Part shown: piece by piece, positions 61,639-64,000 of the stretch | Layout: the number at the start of each line of letters is the position of its first letter | Position numbering within the stretch: the first letter of the stretch is position 1 | NCBI GenBank assembly: GCA_900088475.1 | Contig: FLMG01000761.1 | Coordinates: forward strand, 62,001 to 126,000 | Source of the DNA: Hyphochytrium catenoides | Taxonomy: Eukaryota; Protista; Hyphochytriomycota | Direction: 5' to 3' | DNA length: 64,000 nucleotides | Program-made: the position numbers and the translations under genes | Notes under the pieces: model-generated | What the model was told of the DNA's origin: nothing | Database searches by the model: none | The model's input: the letters and a program-made list of their open reading frames with translations, nothing else

Positions 61639-63268
61639 GAGAGAGACAGCACACAGCGGGCATCCAATATGGAAAGAAAGAGAGACTAGAAGAGAAAGAG
61701 AGAGAGATAATCGATAAGAGGAGTAGGGAAGAAATGGAAAGAGAAGGAAAGGGGAAACGAGCTAAGACAAGAAGGAGGAAAGAGAGAGAGAGAAGAAGGG
61801 AGAAACGGCTGCACTCGGGAAGGCAACAAAGGGAGATTCGAAAAATCTAGCGGAGTACATGTGGTTCGCGCTTTTATATAAATAGGTTCACACTTTTTGC
61901 AATAGATAACACTCTTTTTGCCCCATAAGTAACTGCTATAGAGCTGATGGCTTTCCTTTCCCTGTCGGGCCTTAAATGAAAGCCATGGGAAAGAGAGTGA
62001 GCTAATAGAAGATACTGGGGTAGGAGAGATGCCGAACTAGGGTGACGGTGTGCTTCCGTTTGTGCAGAGAGTGGACGCTCACAGGTGCGTGAATGAGATG
62101 ACGACTGACAGATGGTAGGGACACAAGCCCCAGGCCAACCCTAGCACCTGATGATGCAGATCCGCGAGGGAGACACTGAGAAAGAGCTAGATACCGCCAT
62201 CACTCACCTCTTTGAGCGGGGACTAGTTCCTCTTCCGTCTTCTCGTTCTCTTTGGGGCGAGCTTGCTTGCGTGCAGCCTAACTCCACACCTCTTTGGATA
62301 GAGAGGTGTTTCTAGATCTAGCACTACCGGACGGACAATGCCCGTGAATAGCCAGAGATGAAATTAGAAAGCTGCCGAACATCCTCTAGCGAGACCTCCC
62401 ACCGACGTCTTTTAGTACGTTTGAACGTGTTTAGAAAGAAAGAAGCTGGTTCTACTAGCTGCTACTTCGAAGTCCACCTCCTTTCGGCAGCAGAAGACGG
62501 GACTATCAAATGTCAACGCCGATAGACGATAGTAAACAACAGACAAAAGAAAGATAAGGAAAGGTGGCCTTCCCGTCAGAGTGCTTTGCTGGTGGTGGTG
62601 CAACACGTAAAGTTCCTCTGTTGAGCAATTGCTAATAACCTACTCCCAGCAAGTTTATTAACAGAGAGGATGAAGTACGTACTCCGGAGTAGGTTCCTTA
62701 TGACAAGGTTGACGCCTCGGCTGAAGTTAGGGTTATTTAGTCAACAATGAACTTTGGGTCTATGACTCACGGCTTCACTTTCTCTTCGGTCTTGAGGAGA
62801 ATGCCTTTCAGTCTGGGAGTCTCTTCTACTGCTCGGGGCAAAGGTTGAGACTGCTAACCCTTCTTCCTCTTACACTGGTGCAGAAGTGCTTTGTGTTTAC
62901 AGTTTCTGTATCCCATGAGACGTGAGACAGAGTCAAGAAGAAGCCAGCAGCAGGGTGAATTATTAGCCTTCAGCAGTACTCGTAGTAGAACTAGCCTTAC
63001 CTTTCTCTTTCTCTTCATCGTCTTCTTCTTCCTTTCCATGTCCCTCTTCTCTTCATTTTCTTCCGTTATCTCATTTCTCATCTCCGTTTCTGGTGTATCT
63101 TCTTTGCAGATGCCCCACCAAGCAGCCGCTTCTTGTACCAATCGGAGAGCTAAGGAAGAGATGGAAAGGAAAGAGAAGACTAAGAAGAGAGAGACAAAAA
63201 GAAGAGAGAAAGAGAGACAGAGAGCGGAGGGAAGAAAGAGCGCTTCAGAGAACAAGAAGAGAGAGAGG

Positions 63269-63332
<64 letters not shown>

Positions 63333-63486
63333 CTAGCTTGGCGCTATGAGTGCTTGCCTGTTGAGAAAGCCAGCTTCTCAGATGTCCATGGGTCCTGGTG
63401 ACGCTCTCTGCTTTTTTAGCCCCGTCAATCCCTCTCACAGCAGCATCTCGACTATCAGTGGGTGCAGGTGCGGTACGTCCGTGGGA

Positions 63487-63567
63487 TAAAACAGTAGTCA
63501 GGTAAAGAGCGCTCAGGGTTATAAAACAGTAGAGGTAGAGCGCTCAGGGCAGTGTAAAACAGTAGAG
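63487..63567. repeat. Short imperfect tandem repeat (about 34-bp unit, about 2.4 copies)
   Basis: TAAAACAGTAG at 63487, 63522 and 63555, with AGAGCGCTCAGGG twice between them. Confidence 0.8.
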
Positions 63568-64000
63568 ATTACGTGCGCACTGACTACGAAGTTAGGTACT
63601 GTACTGCATCGTTTTCAGTCGCAAAACGAACAATACTCAATACTAACAGAGCGGTTTATCTGTTTAGTGCGCACGTCCTAGACAAGTTATCAATTACTCC
63701 GTACATGATGTTGAAGTAGCCATTTGCGTACGCACCTTCAACCCGAGAATAGGAACTCCCAAATCTAGCAACAATTACCAAAATTAGGTCGATGCTACGC
63801 ATTAGTGTTTTTACATCTCCTCCGTCTTTATGTTTGTTAAAGAGAGTATTTCCGGGGAAGCAATAATAGACAGAAATTTTAGAGATCCTAGGAGAGGAGG
63901 AAAGTCCAGACCGCACTTTTACTGCACCACCAATGTCTACCAGTAGTAGCTAATAAGGCGCTACCATAGAAAGCGAGGCAGACAAACTCTCTAACTAGCG

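Noticed and set aside
63487-63567. Repeat-spacer-like pattern suggesting a mini CRISPR array
   Set aside because: The intervening sequences are themselves repeated, there are fewer than 3 full units, no cas genes are present, and the context is eukaryotic.

Overview
Eukaryotic, intron-dense nuclear DNA rich in (CT)n/(GA)n microsatellites, with four N gaps. It is probably from a stramenopile, judged from the SUMO, cyclin, kinesin-8, ALDH12 and DnaJ-TMEM185 sequence styles; this is an inference. I reconstructed 13 spliced genes by hand: WDR55 (5'-truncated), presequence protease PreP, NBR1-like autophagy receptor, CYFIP/Sra1, SUMO, WRNIP1/Mgs1, a DnaJ + TMEM185-like membrane protein, kinesin-8, ALDH12A1 (P5C dehydrogenase), a New1/Elf1-type eEF3-family ABC-F protein, cyclin B, a BTB/KCTD protein and a GNAT-PhzF fusion. 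Most entries in the ORF track are exon fragments or microsatellite artefacts. Three observations stand out. (1) An AANAT/Paa1-like acetyltransferase is spliced in frame to a PhzF-family isomerase. (2) A MYB3R(MSA)+CHR(+E2F) motif code occurs upstream of cyclin B, kinesin-8 and, unexpectedly, the GNAT-PhzF gene. (3) Two intron-poor, fungal-looking genes (New1/Elf1 and Mgs1) sit next to decayed or duplicated DNA and are candidate horizontal acquisitions. I recognised no rRNA, tRNA or CRISPR features.
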